A stretch of DNA of 25,481 nt from a virus. Lineage: Duplodnaviria > Caudoviricetes. The translations under genes were made by a program, and so were the position numbers. The stretch covers positions 1-25,481 of the IMG/VR virus record IMGVR_UViG_3300030433_000766. One strand, written 5' to 3'. The notes below the pieces were generated by a model. It did not search any database. It had not been told where the DNA came from and saw only the letters and a program-made list of their open reading frames with translations. Shown one piece after another: positions 17,135-24,996 of this stretch; within the stretch, counting starts at the first letter, position 1, and each line of letters begins with the position of its first letter.

Positions 17135-17386
17135 TTAAATTCCCCAGACTCGTTTAATTTCTTTTTTGCTGTAGTTCGACTTCCACCCCCGGTTTTCCAG
17201 TTCCTGGTACCCGCGCCGAACTTGTTCTTTCATGGTGCCTGGATCGGTTGCATTTCCACTAACACCAAACCCCGCAACCAGGTCGCGGGTGTAAACTCTT
17301 CCATCCTCGGTAATCACCTGAGTGCCACGTTGCACAAGGCGCTCGACGGTCTTGCCGTCTTCATCTTTAAAAACGTAAATCGGCAT
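17135..17386 (-). CDS. FmdB-like (zinc-ribbon-derived) small protein lacking cysteines
   Basis: 83 aa. MPIYVF...G...E and a later R...F follow the FmdB/Zn-ribbon pattern, but no CxxC is present. Confidence 0.55.
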   Translation of the reverse strand: MPIYVFKDEDGKTVERLVQRGTQVITEDGRVYTRDLVAGFGVSGNATDPGTMKEQVRRGYQELENRGWKSNYSKKEIKRVWGI

Positions 17387-17388
17387 TG

Positions 17389-17422
17389 TAAAAGCCGGGG
17401 GGAGGTTCCCCTCCCCCCAGTT
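17389..17422 (-). terminator. Rho-independent terminator after the major capsid gene
   Basis: The minus strand reads CTGGGGGGAGG-GGAA-CCTCCCCCCGG-CTTTT just after the TAA TAG stops: a GNRA-loop hairpin with a short U tract. Confidence 0.8.
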
Positions 17423-17430
17423 GTCAGCTA

Positions 17431-18405
17431 TTAGCTGAAGTTAGTTTTGGAGTACATTTCGACGTAATACTTCGGCTGAAGTGTCTTCGCCGCGTAGAAC
17501 GATTTGTAGCCCACAACCGTTTTCTGGTTGAGAGGATCGTCCTTGCTGGCGCCGTCGGTGACGTACACGCTCGGCCCGTAAGGGCTTTGGCTCGCAACAT
17601 CCGAAACGCCGTAAGCGTTTTGACCGAACACGAACGAGGAGTGGACAGTGCCGCTCGCGTCGTAAGTGTGCTGAGTGCTTCCGTCGGACAAGAAAGGAAC
17701 GGTGGTCTGGAGGAAACGGATTCCCCACAAGCGACCGATCTCACCCTTGTACAACGACTCAACAGCGGAGTAGCTGGCGGCATTTTGCCAACCGCTGGTC
17801 TTCATCAGGTCACTAGCCACTTCCGGGCTAACAACGCCGACGTAGTTTCCGCCGATCATCGGTGTGTTGTTTTTGCGAAGCTGCGTGGTGCAGTCGAGGA
17901 AGTCGTTAAACTCCACAACCGCATCAGCGGCGCTGGCAGCGCCAACGGCAGCGTAGTCAGCAAGGCCATTAGCCATGCGGGTTTGCTTGCCGGTAACATT
18001 GCTACCCAACTCGTTGCGCACAATCTTGTCAGCGTGCAGCGCGGCATCTTGACCCGTCACCTTAACAGCTTGCTCGACGTGCGAGAAAAGCTCGGTGAGT
18101 TGCAGGATGTCCGTGATGCTGATCACTTGACCGTATTGCACCAAGTCAGCGTCCACATTCTCCAGGCTCAAAGCACGCTCGCCGGTAGGCTTAGTGCCTT
18201 CAGTCGAGAGTGTTTCGATAGCGCCGGTGCTAGGCTCGTCGAAACGGAACCAGCGAATGGTTTTGCTGCCGCTCTTGGCGGGCAACGGTGCTTTTTGCGC
18301 GAATTGTACCAACTGCAACGACTCAACAATGTAGTCGAGCAGTTCTTTTGAAAAATACCGCTGGAATTGAGTGCTAATTCCAGAGGTTCCAGTACCTACT
18401 GCCAT
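17431..18405 (-). CDS. Major capsid protein, N4-gp56 family
   Basis: 324 aa with KTIRWFRF, L.QYG, GEIG...G.RF and DPLNQ...VG.K motifs. It follows the scaffold gene, is followed by a terminator, and shows strong codon bias. Confidence 0.92.
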   Translation of the reverse strand: MAVGTGTSGISTQFQRYFSKELLDYIVESLQLVQFAQKAPLPAKSGSKTIRWFRFDEPSTGAIETLSTEGTKPTGERALSLENVDADLVQYGQVISITDILQLTELFSHVEQAVKVTGQDAALHADKIVRNELGSNVTGKQTRMANGLADYAAVGAASAADAVVEFNDFLDCTTQLRKNNTPMIGGNYVGVVSPEVASDLMKTSGWQNAASYSAVESLYKGEIGRLWGIRFLQTTVPFLSDGSTQHTYDASGTVHSSFVFGQNAYGVSDVASQSPYGPSVYVTDGASKDDPLNQKTVVGYKSFYAAKTLQPKYYVEMYSKTNFS

Positions 18406-18431
18406 AATCTTTTAACCCCTATTAATGTGTG

Positions 18432-19331
18432 TTACCGAAACACGGCCATCCCAGCCTGTTGCTCGTCGGCATTTCGCAAGGCGTCCACTAACTTTTCACG
18501 TTTTTGGGCCTGGCTCATGTCGTCGAAGTTCTTCGGCGTGGACTCTCGTCCGGGAGGCGCTCCGGTAACACTGGTTTGTTTAGTTAGTTCATCGACCTGA
18601 GCTTTCAGGTCGCCGTTTTCTTTTTGCAAAGATTCCACCTTCTTGGCGGCAATCTTTGACACTACGAACTCAACTGCATCTTGGATGCCTTCCGAATAAG
18701 CTCGGAGATGCGGGCGTTGATCCAATATGTTTTCAACGCCTCGCGCCATTTCGCTGGATGAGTCTTTCAACTCCGGGTATTGCTCCTGAAGATCCTTCAG
18801 GTTTTCAGTCCAATCAGATTGGATTGACTCAGCTACTTTGCTTTGTTCGTTCGCAGCCTTGCGTGCTTCAACTTCCTTAGCCTTTTCCAATGCAAGTTCG
18901 GCAAGTTCAGTCTCGCCGTCTTCTTGATATCGTTTTGCCAACTCTCGGTAGTCGTCCGGGGATGTCTGGTCGTCCTGGTGCTGTTGCTTCAAGGCTTCCA
19001 GTTCTTCCCTCTCCTTTTTCAGGGCTGCTTTCTCCTCATTGAGTTTGTCCCAATTTCGGTTCAGGCGTTCGTTGGATTTCTTCTCTCGGTTGGTCAGAGG
19101 CTTTTCATCAGTCTCCGCATCGCTTGTTTGTTCAGGTGCCTCAGCTTCCACTTCTTGGGTCTGGGCCTCCTGTTCCGGCGCAGCAACTTGCTCCTCATCA
19201 CTCTTCTGATTGTCCGATGCGAGTTCTTCGGACTTTTGGGGTTCCTCGCCCGCAGCCGTGTCGGCAGCATCAAGTGCCGCCAGCAATTGCTCACGTTCTG
19301 CGTTCCTATCAGTGGTGTTTTCGTCGCTCAT
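18432..19331 (-). CDS. Capsid scaffolding protein
   Basis: 299 aa, highly acidic disordered N-terminus plus coiled coils, immediately upstream of the capsid gene. Confidence 0.75.
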   Translation of the reverse strand: MSDENTTDRNAEREQLLAALDAADTAAGEEPQKSEELASDNQKSDEEQVAAPEQEAQTQEVEAEAPEQTSDAETDEKPLTNREKKSNERLNRNWDKLNEEKAALKKEREELEALKQQHQDDQTSPDDYRELAKRYQEDGETELAELALEKAKEVEARKAANEQSKVAESIQSDWTENLKDLQEQYPELKDSSSEMARGVENILDQRPHLRAYSEGIQDAVEFVVSKIAAKKVESLQKENGDLKAQVDELTKQTSVTGAPPGRESTPKNFDDMSQAQKREKLVDALRNADEQQAGMAVFR

Positions 19332-19681
19332 AGTTCGTCTCTACTATTTAGCCACGCCAAATCATCAGTGGGCACATCGGGACGGTGATCTGAATCGGTG
19401 ATCACCGACTTGGCCATTAGCGCATCCAAGGTCGCCACCGCCCCTCTAAAACCGGCAGCGTATCCTGCGCGATACTCCAGATCGTTTCCCGCCCTCGATG
19501 TACCGTCCAGGGACTGCTGAACCGTCATGGCCAGAAGCGTTTCCCTCAGCCGCTCCCCGGTTTGTCCCTGAAAAAATCTATTCAACTCAGCGGCATCGGT
19601 CTGACGCCACTCAGGCAATGTGCGCCAGGCAACTCCGCACAGGCGCATAAAATTGTAGGCGGCCCGCAATTTACGCAGCAT
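19328..19681 (-). CDS. Hypothetical head-module protein (Bbp19-like position)
   Basis: 117 aa between portal and scaffold, overlapping both; F..G..L...L and Y.AG...G.R motifs. Confidence 0.6.
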   Translation of the reverse strand: MLRKLRAAYNFMRLCGVAWRTLPEWRQTDAAELNRFFQGQTGERLRETLLAMTVQQSLDGTSRAGNDLEYRAGYAAGFRGAVATLDALMAKSVITDSDHRPDVPTDDLAWLNSRDEL

Positions 19682-21596
19682 ATTCAGCCCCTTGGTTCGT
19701 GCCTAAAGACACAGGTTCAGGCATTGCCGCAGGTGGCGCCTCAACAGGCATTTCTGCGGGTGCCCCCATCGCTTGTTCAGGACCGGCTACTGGTTGCGAG
19801 CCGCCCGCTAACAGACCGGCAATTTCCGCCTCCACCTCTTTAGCGGCATCTTTGTCGGATTTTCGGAGTAGCTCCAAGTGAGCTTGAATATGCTCTTGGA
19901 GTCTTTGCATCTCCATTGGTTCAACTTGTCGGCCTGTCTGAGATGACAATTGAATGTATCCCAAAATCGTTCGGATATGAGTGGCGTGATCATCAGTCTC
20001 TTTCACCACTGCCGGGAATCCGAGTCGCATGAAGGTTAACTCGTTCGCCTGGTCTTCAGCCTGGTCGGCCATCTTCAATTCAGGATCCATGAACAAGCGT
20101 TTAACCAGTGCAACGTCATCGGCCTCCAGCACGCTCTTGCGTAGCTCGCCCTGATCGATGAACGGATCATTCACAAACATCTGCATGCGATTGACTGCGC
20201 GTTGGTAGATAAAGTCGCGGTTAACACCGTCAGCACTTCCGGTTGGGCGGATGTGATAGGACTCACTAAGTGCATCCGGGCTTAACTCTTTAACCGTGTC
20301 CTCATACCAGTAATCCAACGAAGACTTGCTATGCTCCTTCAGCAGCATCCACGCGCAGTTGTAGAGCCGGTTGAGGCCCATGCGGAAAATGCGCAAACGC
20401 AAGTCACTGCTCTGGCTGAACAGGTTTGAAATTTGGTTGATCTCTGTAGCTGTGCGGCGCTCGGCGTTTTGCAGAGATTGGCTCATACCGAAATCAGGCG
20501 TAGCAACCCGTTGCTCGGCAATGTCGCGTGTGAACATCATCGATTGATCAAACGAAACCGGCGGCGCTGGCATCGGAATCGGTTGGATGTCGTATGGTAA
20601 AATCTGACCGGGCGAAAATTTTAGGTTAGCCGCATTCGGAATCTCACGGGCCGAACGGAACAAGGGCCGGTTGACCAGCGTCATGTAGTCGTTCTTCTCG
20701 TTGAGCAGCTTAGTCAGTTCCGCCTCATGGACCGCAACAATCTCAGTCACACCACGCGGGCTGTACCAGCGACCATCCTTTACCTCGTACTCAAACTGGC
20801 TAAACGGATGCTTGTTTCCGTATCCCTTGCCGAGCTTGTACGCCTTACGGATATCCTCATCCGGGCGTAGCGGGCTAAATGTCTCGCAGTACCAGGCACC
20901 ATCTTCGTCCCGGCACCAGACTTCCCAAACAATAATGTAATCTTCCTCGTTATAAGTAAGACCTTCACGCTGGTACTGGGCTTGCACCTTAATGTTGTCG
21001 CCCCGGACATCGGTGCCAGCGCCCTTAATGCGCTTGATCAACCCCTCATCCTGACTGAACAACTCATTGCGCCGGTAGGCCTCTTCCGAGTAGTGCTGGA
21101 CATGCACAATCCGGTCAGCGTCCTGCAAGTTGCGCGTCCAGGTCGGGACGATAATGTGCTGCGGATCAATGTTCTGGAACACCAACTGTTTCTTGTCATG
21201 GTCCCAGTAGGTTTTGATTACCCCGCGCCCACTCATCAGCATGAAATCAATCACGCTTAAAATTTCAGTTTCAATGTTCGACTTTTGTTTTAGCTGATAG
21301 TCGAACCATTGAGCAGCAGCATTAGCGTAAGCCGTCGTCTTATCCCGAATCGGCGTAAATTGCGCGATCAGGTCCGTCGCAAACATCTGCTGAAAGTAAA
21401 AAGGCGCCAACCGCTGAATGACGGTATCGGATAACGGGAAATGCGCGTCACTCGCACCAGGCCATGGCTTGTTTTTGCGCCGAAGTCCGTTGTGGCGCAT
21501 GCGGTAGAACATGCTTTGCCGCGTATCCCAAGAATTGCGGTCTGCTAAATCATCCCGAATTGCTTCATGCAATTCTTTACGCGACAAAAGTCCCAT
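19671..21596 (-). CDS. Portal (head-tail connector) protein
   Basis: 641 aa with PWPGAS, G.G..K.YWD, RTATEI and DDH..HI..H motifs of P22-like podovirus portals, downstream of terL. Confidence 0.88.
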   Translation of the reverse strand: MGLLSRKELHEAIRDDLADRNSWDTRQSMFYRMRHNGLRRKNKPWPGASDAHFPLSDTVIQRLAPFYFQQMFATDLIAQFTPIRDKTTAYANAAAQWFDYQLKQKSNIETEILSVIDFMLMSGRGVIKTYWDHDKKQLVFQNIDPQHIIVPTWTRNLQDADRIVHVQHYSEEAYRRNELFSQDEGLIKRIKGAGTDVRGDNIKVQAQYQREGLTYNEEDYIIVWEVWCRDEDGAWYCETFSPLRPDEDIRKAYKLGKGYGNKHPFSQFEYEVKDGRWYSPRGVTEIVAVHEAELTKLLNEKNDYMTLVNRPLFRSAREIPNAANLKFSPGQILPYDIQPIPMPAPPVSFDQSMMFTRDIAEQRVATPDFGMSQSLQNAERRTATEINQISNLFSQSSDLRLRIFRMGLNRLYNCAWMLLKEHSKSSLDYWYEDTVKELSPDALSESYHIRPTGSADGVNRDFIYQRAVNRMQMFVNDPFIDQGELRKSVLEADDVALVKRLFMDPELKMADQAEDQANELTFMRLGFPAVVKETDDHATHIRTILGYIQLSSQTGRQVEPMEMQRLQEHIQAHLELLRKSDKDAAKEVEAEIAGLLAGGSQPVAGPEQAMGAPAEMPVEAPPAAMPEPVSLGTNQGAEYAA

Positions 21597-21637
21597 CGAT
21601 CATTTTATGACGGGACAAATACGGTCCGAGCAACAAT

Positions 21638-21659
21638 TAATACGTCAATTGACGCATTA
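21638..21659. promoter_or_regulatory. 22-bp palindrome, putative operator or divergent promoter element
   Basis: TAATACGTCAATTGACGCATTA has a perfect core CGTCAATTGACG that gives TTGACG on both strands. It lies between the portal start (-) and the micro-ORF (+). Confidence 0.45.
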
Positions 21660-21711
21660 GTGTGGTCAGCAGTGGACAGGTGGGGCGTCTATTGGACTGA
21701 AAGGGGGCGTC

Positions 21712-21804
21712 ATGAATGAACTTGGTTTAATTATGGCTTTGGCCGACAGCCTCTTCATGGGTGTGATCGCAATTTCAATTGCCGCGATCGCCTTGAAGAA
21801 ATAA
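21712..21804 (+). CDS. 30-aa hydrophobic membrane peptide (MNELGLIMALADSLFMGVIAISIAAIALKK)
   Basis: SD-like GAAAGGGGG lies just upstream of ATG 21712. The peptide has a single TM helix and C-terminal KK, followed by a + strand terminator. Confidence 0.6.
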   Translation: MNELGLIMALADSLFMGVIAISIAAIALKK

Positions 21805-21823
21805 AACGGGGAAATGCAGAGTA

Positions 21824-21859
21824 AAAATTGGTCGGCGCCGCGAGGCGTCGGCCAATTTT
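21824..21859 (+). terminator. Rho-independent terminator hairpin
   Basis: AAAATTGGTCGGCGCC-GCGA-GGCGTCGGCCAATTTT. The two G-U pairs and the GNRA loop form only in the + strand RNA. Confidence 0.75.
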
Positions 21860-21863
21860 CCGT

Positions 21864-23267
21864 TTAAAGGCCCACATCCATGCCATCTGGCAAAGAATCT
21901 TCCGGAAATGAGCCATTTAACACTTCATCAAGGCTAGGCCGGACATATTCCATCAACATATCGTCCAATTGACCCTTCGCACCAACCGCCATCACCACTG
22001 CATCCGCCCTATCCGGCGAACTTAATCCCCTGGCCTTCATCTCAGACTTACTTTCCAAATTCAGTTTACCGTTTTTGTTGGCCGAACATCGGCGCTGGGT
22101 GAGTTGCTGCGCCAAAACCTCGTCGTCGGGCATGATAATCTCACACTTCTCTAACAACCGGGCCACGGTGAACCACATTTCCGCCGAACGATTCACAAAG
22201 GCATCAGGATCTTGTGCCCGACCCCCAAAGTTAACCCGGTGAATGTTCCACCCCGCCTCCGCCAGTGCGTCGGCCATGGGCAAACCTAGTCCGCCCACGT
22301 CACAGTAAATCTGGTCCTCCTTCAGACCTTCCTTTTTGAACTCCATAATGAACCGGCCAACCGACGCCATCGTGTCACGGTCCCGCCAGGTTACAATCTT
22401 CTCAACCTTATTCCCGCGCCGGATGGCCATAGCGTTCTCATCCCCGCCCCCGGCAAAGTCTACCCCACACGAAACATCCTTCCCCGACTTCCGGGGTGGA
22501 TTGGCAATCGCATTATCCCAAGTCGCCCAAGGGATAACCAACCGCTCATCATCCGCCTCCATGAACTCACCAAAGACCATCGACTTGATCAATGGATGGT
22601 CCCGCCCCCAACGCTCAAATTGTTCCTCAATCCATTCCTTACTGATGTGAGGGCAATCGTAGCTGGTCACCTTATGCAGCGACCATAGGTGCTGTTGCTT
22701 GTTGAAGATCCGGTAAAACTCCCCCGAAGTGCCGCCAGGCGAACTAATCACCATTTGCCGGGTAGGCTGACACCGAGCAACCGCCTCAAAAATGCCATCA
22801 TTCACCGTCTTAGCCTCATCAATGATGATCATCAGGTTATCAGCGTGCCAACCCTCAAACCGACCGGGATCATCCGTACTAAAACCAATAATCCTGCTCC
22901 CCGTGCTAGTCACCAAGTCCGTCTGGTTCACCTGTATCCCCCAACCCTTAACCTTTGCCGCCAATGAACGAATGCAGGGCCACATTTGCTCTTTAACCTG
23001 CCGATACACCCCCGAAGTGGTAATCGTAATTGAGTTAGGGTAAATCAGGGCATGCCATAGCGCCGCCGGAGCCGCCAAACAAGTGGTCTTACCCGATCCA
23101 TTCGCCGCCCGGACCGCCACCCGACTCTTACCGCCCCTACCCGTAATCGCTTTCATGGCATCAATCTGCCACTGGTAAAGGTCCATCCCGAATATCTCCC
23201 GACTGAAATTCTCCAAATCAGTGACACTCGGATCCAGCTTCTTGGTTTTCGTGGTTACTTCCGCCAT
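21864..23267 (-). CDS. terL: Terminase large subunit
   Basis: 467 aa with YQWQ adenine motif, Walker A AANGSGKT, Walker B IIIDEA, motif III ISSP, and nuclease GVDFAGGGD, YCDVGGLG and SPDRADA. Confidence 0.95.
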   Translation of the reverse strand: MAEVTTKTKKLDPSVTDLENFSREIFGMDLYQWQIDAMKAITGRGGKSRVAVRAANGSGKTTCLAAPAALWHALIYPNSITITTSGVYRQVKEQMWPCIRSLAAKVKGWGIQVNQTDLVTSTGSRIIGFSTDDPGRFEGWHADNLMIIIDEAKTVNDGIFEAVARCQPTRQMVISSPGGTSGEFYRIFNKQQHLWSLHKVTSYDCPHISKEWIEEQFERWGRDHPLIKSMVFGEFMEADDERLVIPWATWDNAIANPPRKSGKDVSCGVDFAGGGDENAMAIRRGNKVEKIVTWRDRDTMASVGRFIMEFKKEGLKEDQIYCDVGGLGLPMADALAEAGWNIHRVNFGGRAQDPDAFVNRSAEMWFTVARLLEKCEIIMPDDEVLAQQLTQRRCSANKNGKLNLESKSEMKARGLSSPDRADAVVMAVGAKGQLDDMLMEYVRPSLDEVLNGSFPEDSLPDGMDVGL

Positions 23268-23270
23268 TTT

Positions 23271-23465
23271 CTATCTCCCAGCCAGTTCCTTGTAGTGGGC
23301 CAATTCCTTCTCCAGCTTCTCAATCCGTTTCTGAAGATAGTCCCGGTTCATTTTGGGCTGTCTGGAATATCCCATTTGATACCCGTCATCCCATCCGCGA
23401 GAGTAGTCGCTCATATTCCTGCCTTTTTGATCGGCAACAGTGTCTTGTGTTGGTTTGTCAGTCAT
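23271..23465 (-). CDS. Hypothetical protein
   Basis: 64 aa, coupled to the upstream gene by ATGA; YSRGWDDGY motif plus a short coiled coil. Confidence 0.55.
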   Translation of the reverse strand: MTDKPTQDTVADQKGRNMSDYSRGWDDGYQMGYSRQPKMNRDYLQKRIEKLEKELAHYKELAGR

Positions 23466-23806
23466 TTTTGTGTGTCTACCTCTCCGGCATATTCTCCATC
23501 CGATTCCGGGCGAATTATTTCCCGGATAAATTCCGATAAACGCGCAACCTCATCCAGGCACTCCTCAGCAATGTGCGTCGAATGATACGCAACCCGGACC
23601 CTAGCCAGGGTCGCAGGATCCTGCTCCACCAACTGCTCACCCTTCCGGGTATTCCACCCCCGCACAACCTCTTCAGGGCTGTCGTCACCCATCCAAACAC
23701 CGCAGTCAGTGCAGTGTAGGCTGTAACGCCCCCCATTATTGATTGATTCAGGTTTACCCGAACAAAATGGGCACGGGAGTAATTCAAATGTCGTTTCGTT
23801 TTTCAT
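23462..23806 (-). CDS. Lar family restriction-alleviation Zn-finger protein
   Basis: LLPCPFCSG...CTDCG...WNTR is the Lar family signature; the protein has a C-terminal helical extension. Confidence 0.8.
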   Translation of the reverse strand: MKNETTFELLPCPFCSGKPESINNGGRYSLHCTDCGVWMGDDSPEEVVRGWNTRKGEQLVEQDPATLARVRVAYHSTHIAEECLDEVARLSEFIREIIRPESDGEYAGEVDTQK

Positions 23807-23852
23807 ACACCCTGTTTGTAGCGTTTTTGGGTGTTTTTCGTATACCGGAACA

Positions 23853-24005
23853 TTAAGGCTTTTTGTTCCGGAACCTTTTTGCGTGCTTTTTCATTTCTCG
23901 CTTGAGCCGCCTCTTGTATTCGCGGGTGCTAAGTTCATCCATTACCATGGATCCTTTGTCCCAGGCGTATCTCCCGCCGTATGCGTTTTGATTTAGTTTG
24001 TTCAT
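23853..24005 (-). CDS. Small basic hypothetical protein (50 aa)
   Basis: Starting at ATG 24005 it reads MNKLNQNAYGG...KRRLKREMKKHAKRFRNKKP. The longer version in the ORF track runs through what looks like non-coding G/C-tract DNA. Confidence 0.5.
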   Translation of the reverse strand: MNKLNQNAYGGRYAWDKGSMVMDELSTREYKRRLKREMKKHAKRFRNKKP

Positions 24006-24077
24006 AATTTTCTTACGCGAGGGGTAAAAATGGGGTGGGGGGGGCGAAATACCGCGCCGCGATCTGGGTGCCCCCCT

Positions 24078-24172
24078 ACCCCCCAATATGTTGTGGTGCC
24101 CTGCCATGACCCCCCATATGTTGTGCCGCCGCCGCTGGTATGCCCTGCCGCCCGCACCACTACAGGTTGTGG
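24078..24172. promoter_or_regulatory. Three NrdR-box-like direct repeats
   Basis: CAATATGTTGTG (24084-24095), CCATATGTTGTG (24114-24125) and CTACAGGTTGTG (24160-24171) resemble the NrdR box consensus acaCwAtATaTwGtg. Confidence 0.4.
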
Positions 24173-24268
24173 CCTCGATGCCGTAGCCATGCCCGGTTCG
24201 ACCCTGTTTTTGTGGGTCTTTCAGGACGGGAACTGTTAGCATAAGTGTTAGCACGGCGCAGGATATCC

Positions 24269-24874
24269 CTATATATCAATGGTTTCTGGCCCTGAATCAG
24301 GTGATTCTGTATCACCTGATGCGTCCCGCTCGGATCTCGCGCCGTGCAATCCGGCCAGCATGTCCGGGCTGATCTGCGTCTGGGCGATCACGCCAGCCAC
24401 CTGATGCTTGCTGTGTGCCGCCCACTCGTTCGGGAACCGGCGCTCAAGGACTTCCAGCGCCAGTCGAGGGTTCTTGGCCATCCCTTGCCGCACAACGCCG
24501 TACAACTCATCCTGGGCCACCGCAGCCGCACGCGCGAGCGCCTCGGCCATGTCACCCCACTTCTTCTTCCACTCCGTCAATGTGCCCGCACTAATTCCAG
24601 CCAATTGCGCCGCCCTTCCCTCCGGCATACCTATGGCTACGTTCCTAAGAATAGCTTCCACGGTATCTGGATTGTATTTGTTCGGTCCACCCCTTGTCCT
24701 GCCAAGTGTATCCTTCCCCTTCTTCTCCCTGCATGAGTCTGGGATGAGATCCTTAACATCCACCCTCGACGGGTCTGGAGTCATGATCAACGCCTTGGCA
24801 GCGGTGAGTGAATTGCCCGGTTTCTTCCTCGGCTTAACTCTTTTCCGTTTTTCCTCGTTTTCACTCATAATCAC
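24269..24874 (-). CDS. terS: Terminase small subunit
   Basis: About 200 aa (alternative ATG at 24868) with a G.P.KY + HTH (AAQLAGISAGTLTEW) region and a LALEVLERRFPNEW motif, upstream of terL. Confidence 0.8.
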   Translation of the reverse strand: MIMSENEEKRKRVKPRKKPGNSLTAAKALIMTPDPSRVDVKDLIPDSCREKKGKDTLGRTRGGPNKYNPDTVEAILRNVAIGMPEGRAAQLAGISAGTLTEWKKKWGDMAEALARAAAVAQDELYGVVRQGMAKNPRLALEVLERRFPNEWAAHSKHQVAGVIAQTQISPDMLAGLHGARSERDASGDTESPDSGPETIDI

Positions 24875-24884
24875 TAAATCAGTC

Positions 24885-24992
24885 GGTAGTTGCTGGTAGT
24901 TAATTAATTCCCCCCCCTAAAGGGGGGAATAATTTACTACCACTACCTGTCAGTTAACTACTGGTAATGGTAGTAAACCTATTTACTACCAC
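24885..24992. repeat. Intergenic inverted-repeat / iteron-like cluster (GGTAGT/ACTACC)
   Basis: Six GGTAGT/ACTACC copies, a C8-TAAA-G6 palindrome with AT-rich arms, and a second perfect 10-bp inverted repeat TGGTAGTAAA/TTTACTACCA. Confidence 0.75.
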
Positions 24993-24996
24993 CAAA

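Noticed and set aside
17424-17440. Capsid stop read-through or frameshift extension (T7 10B-like)
   Set aside because: There is a double stop (TAA TAG) followed immediately by a terminator hairpin.
17587-18351. 254-aa + strand ORF opposite the capsid gene
   Set aside because: It is an antisense shadow produced by the capsid gene's codon bias, with no RBS or recognisable motifs.
24006-24254. 133-aa extension of the small basic ORF
   Set aside because: It runs through homopolymer G/C tracts and repeats. ATG 24005 is the more plausible start.
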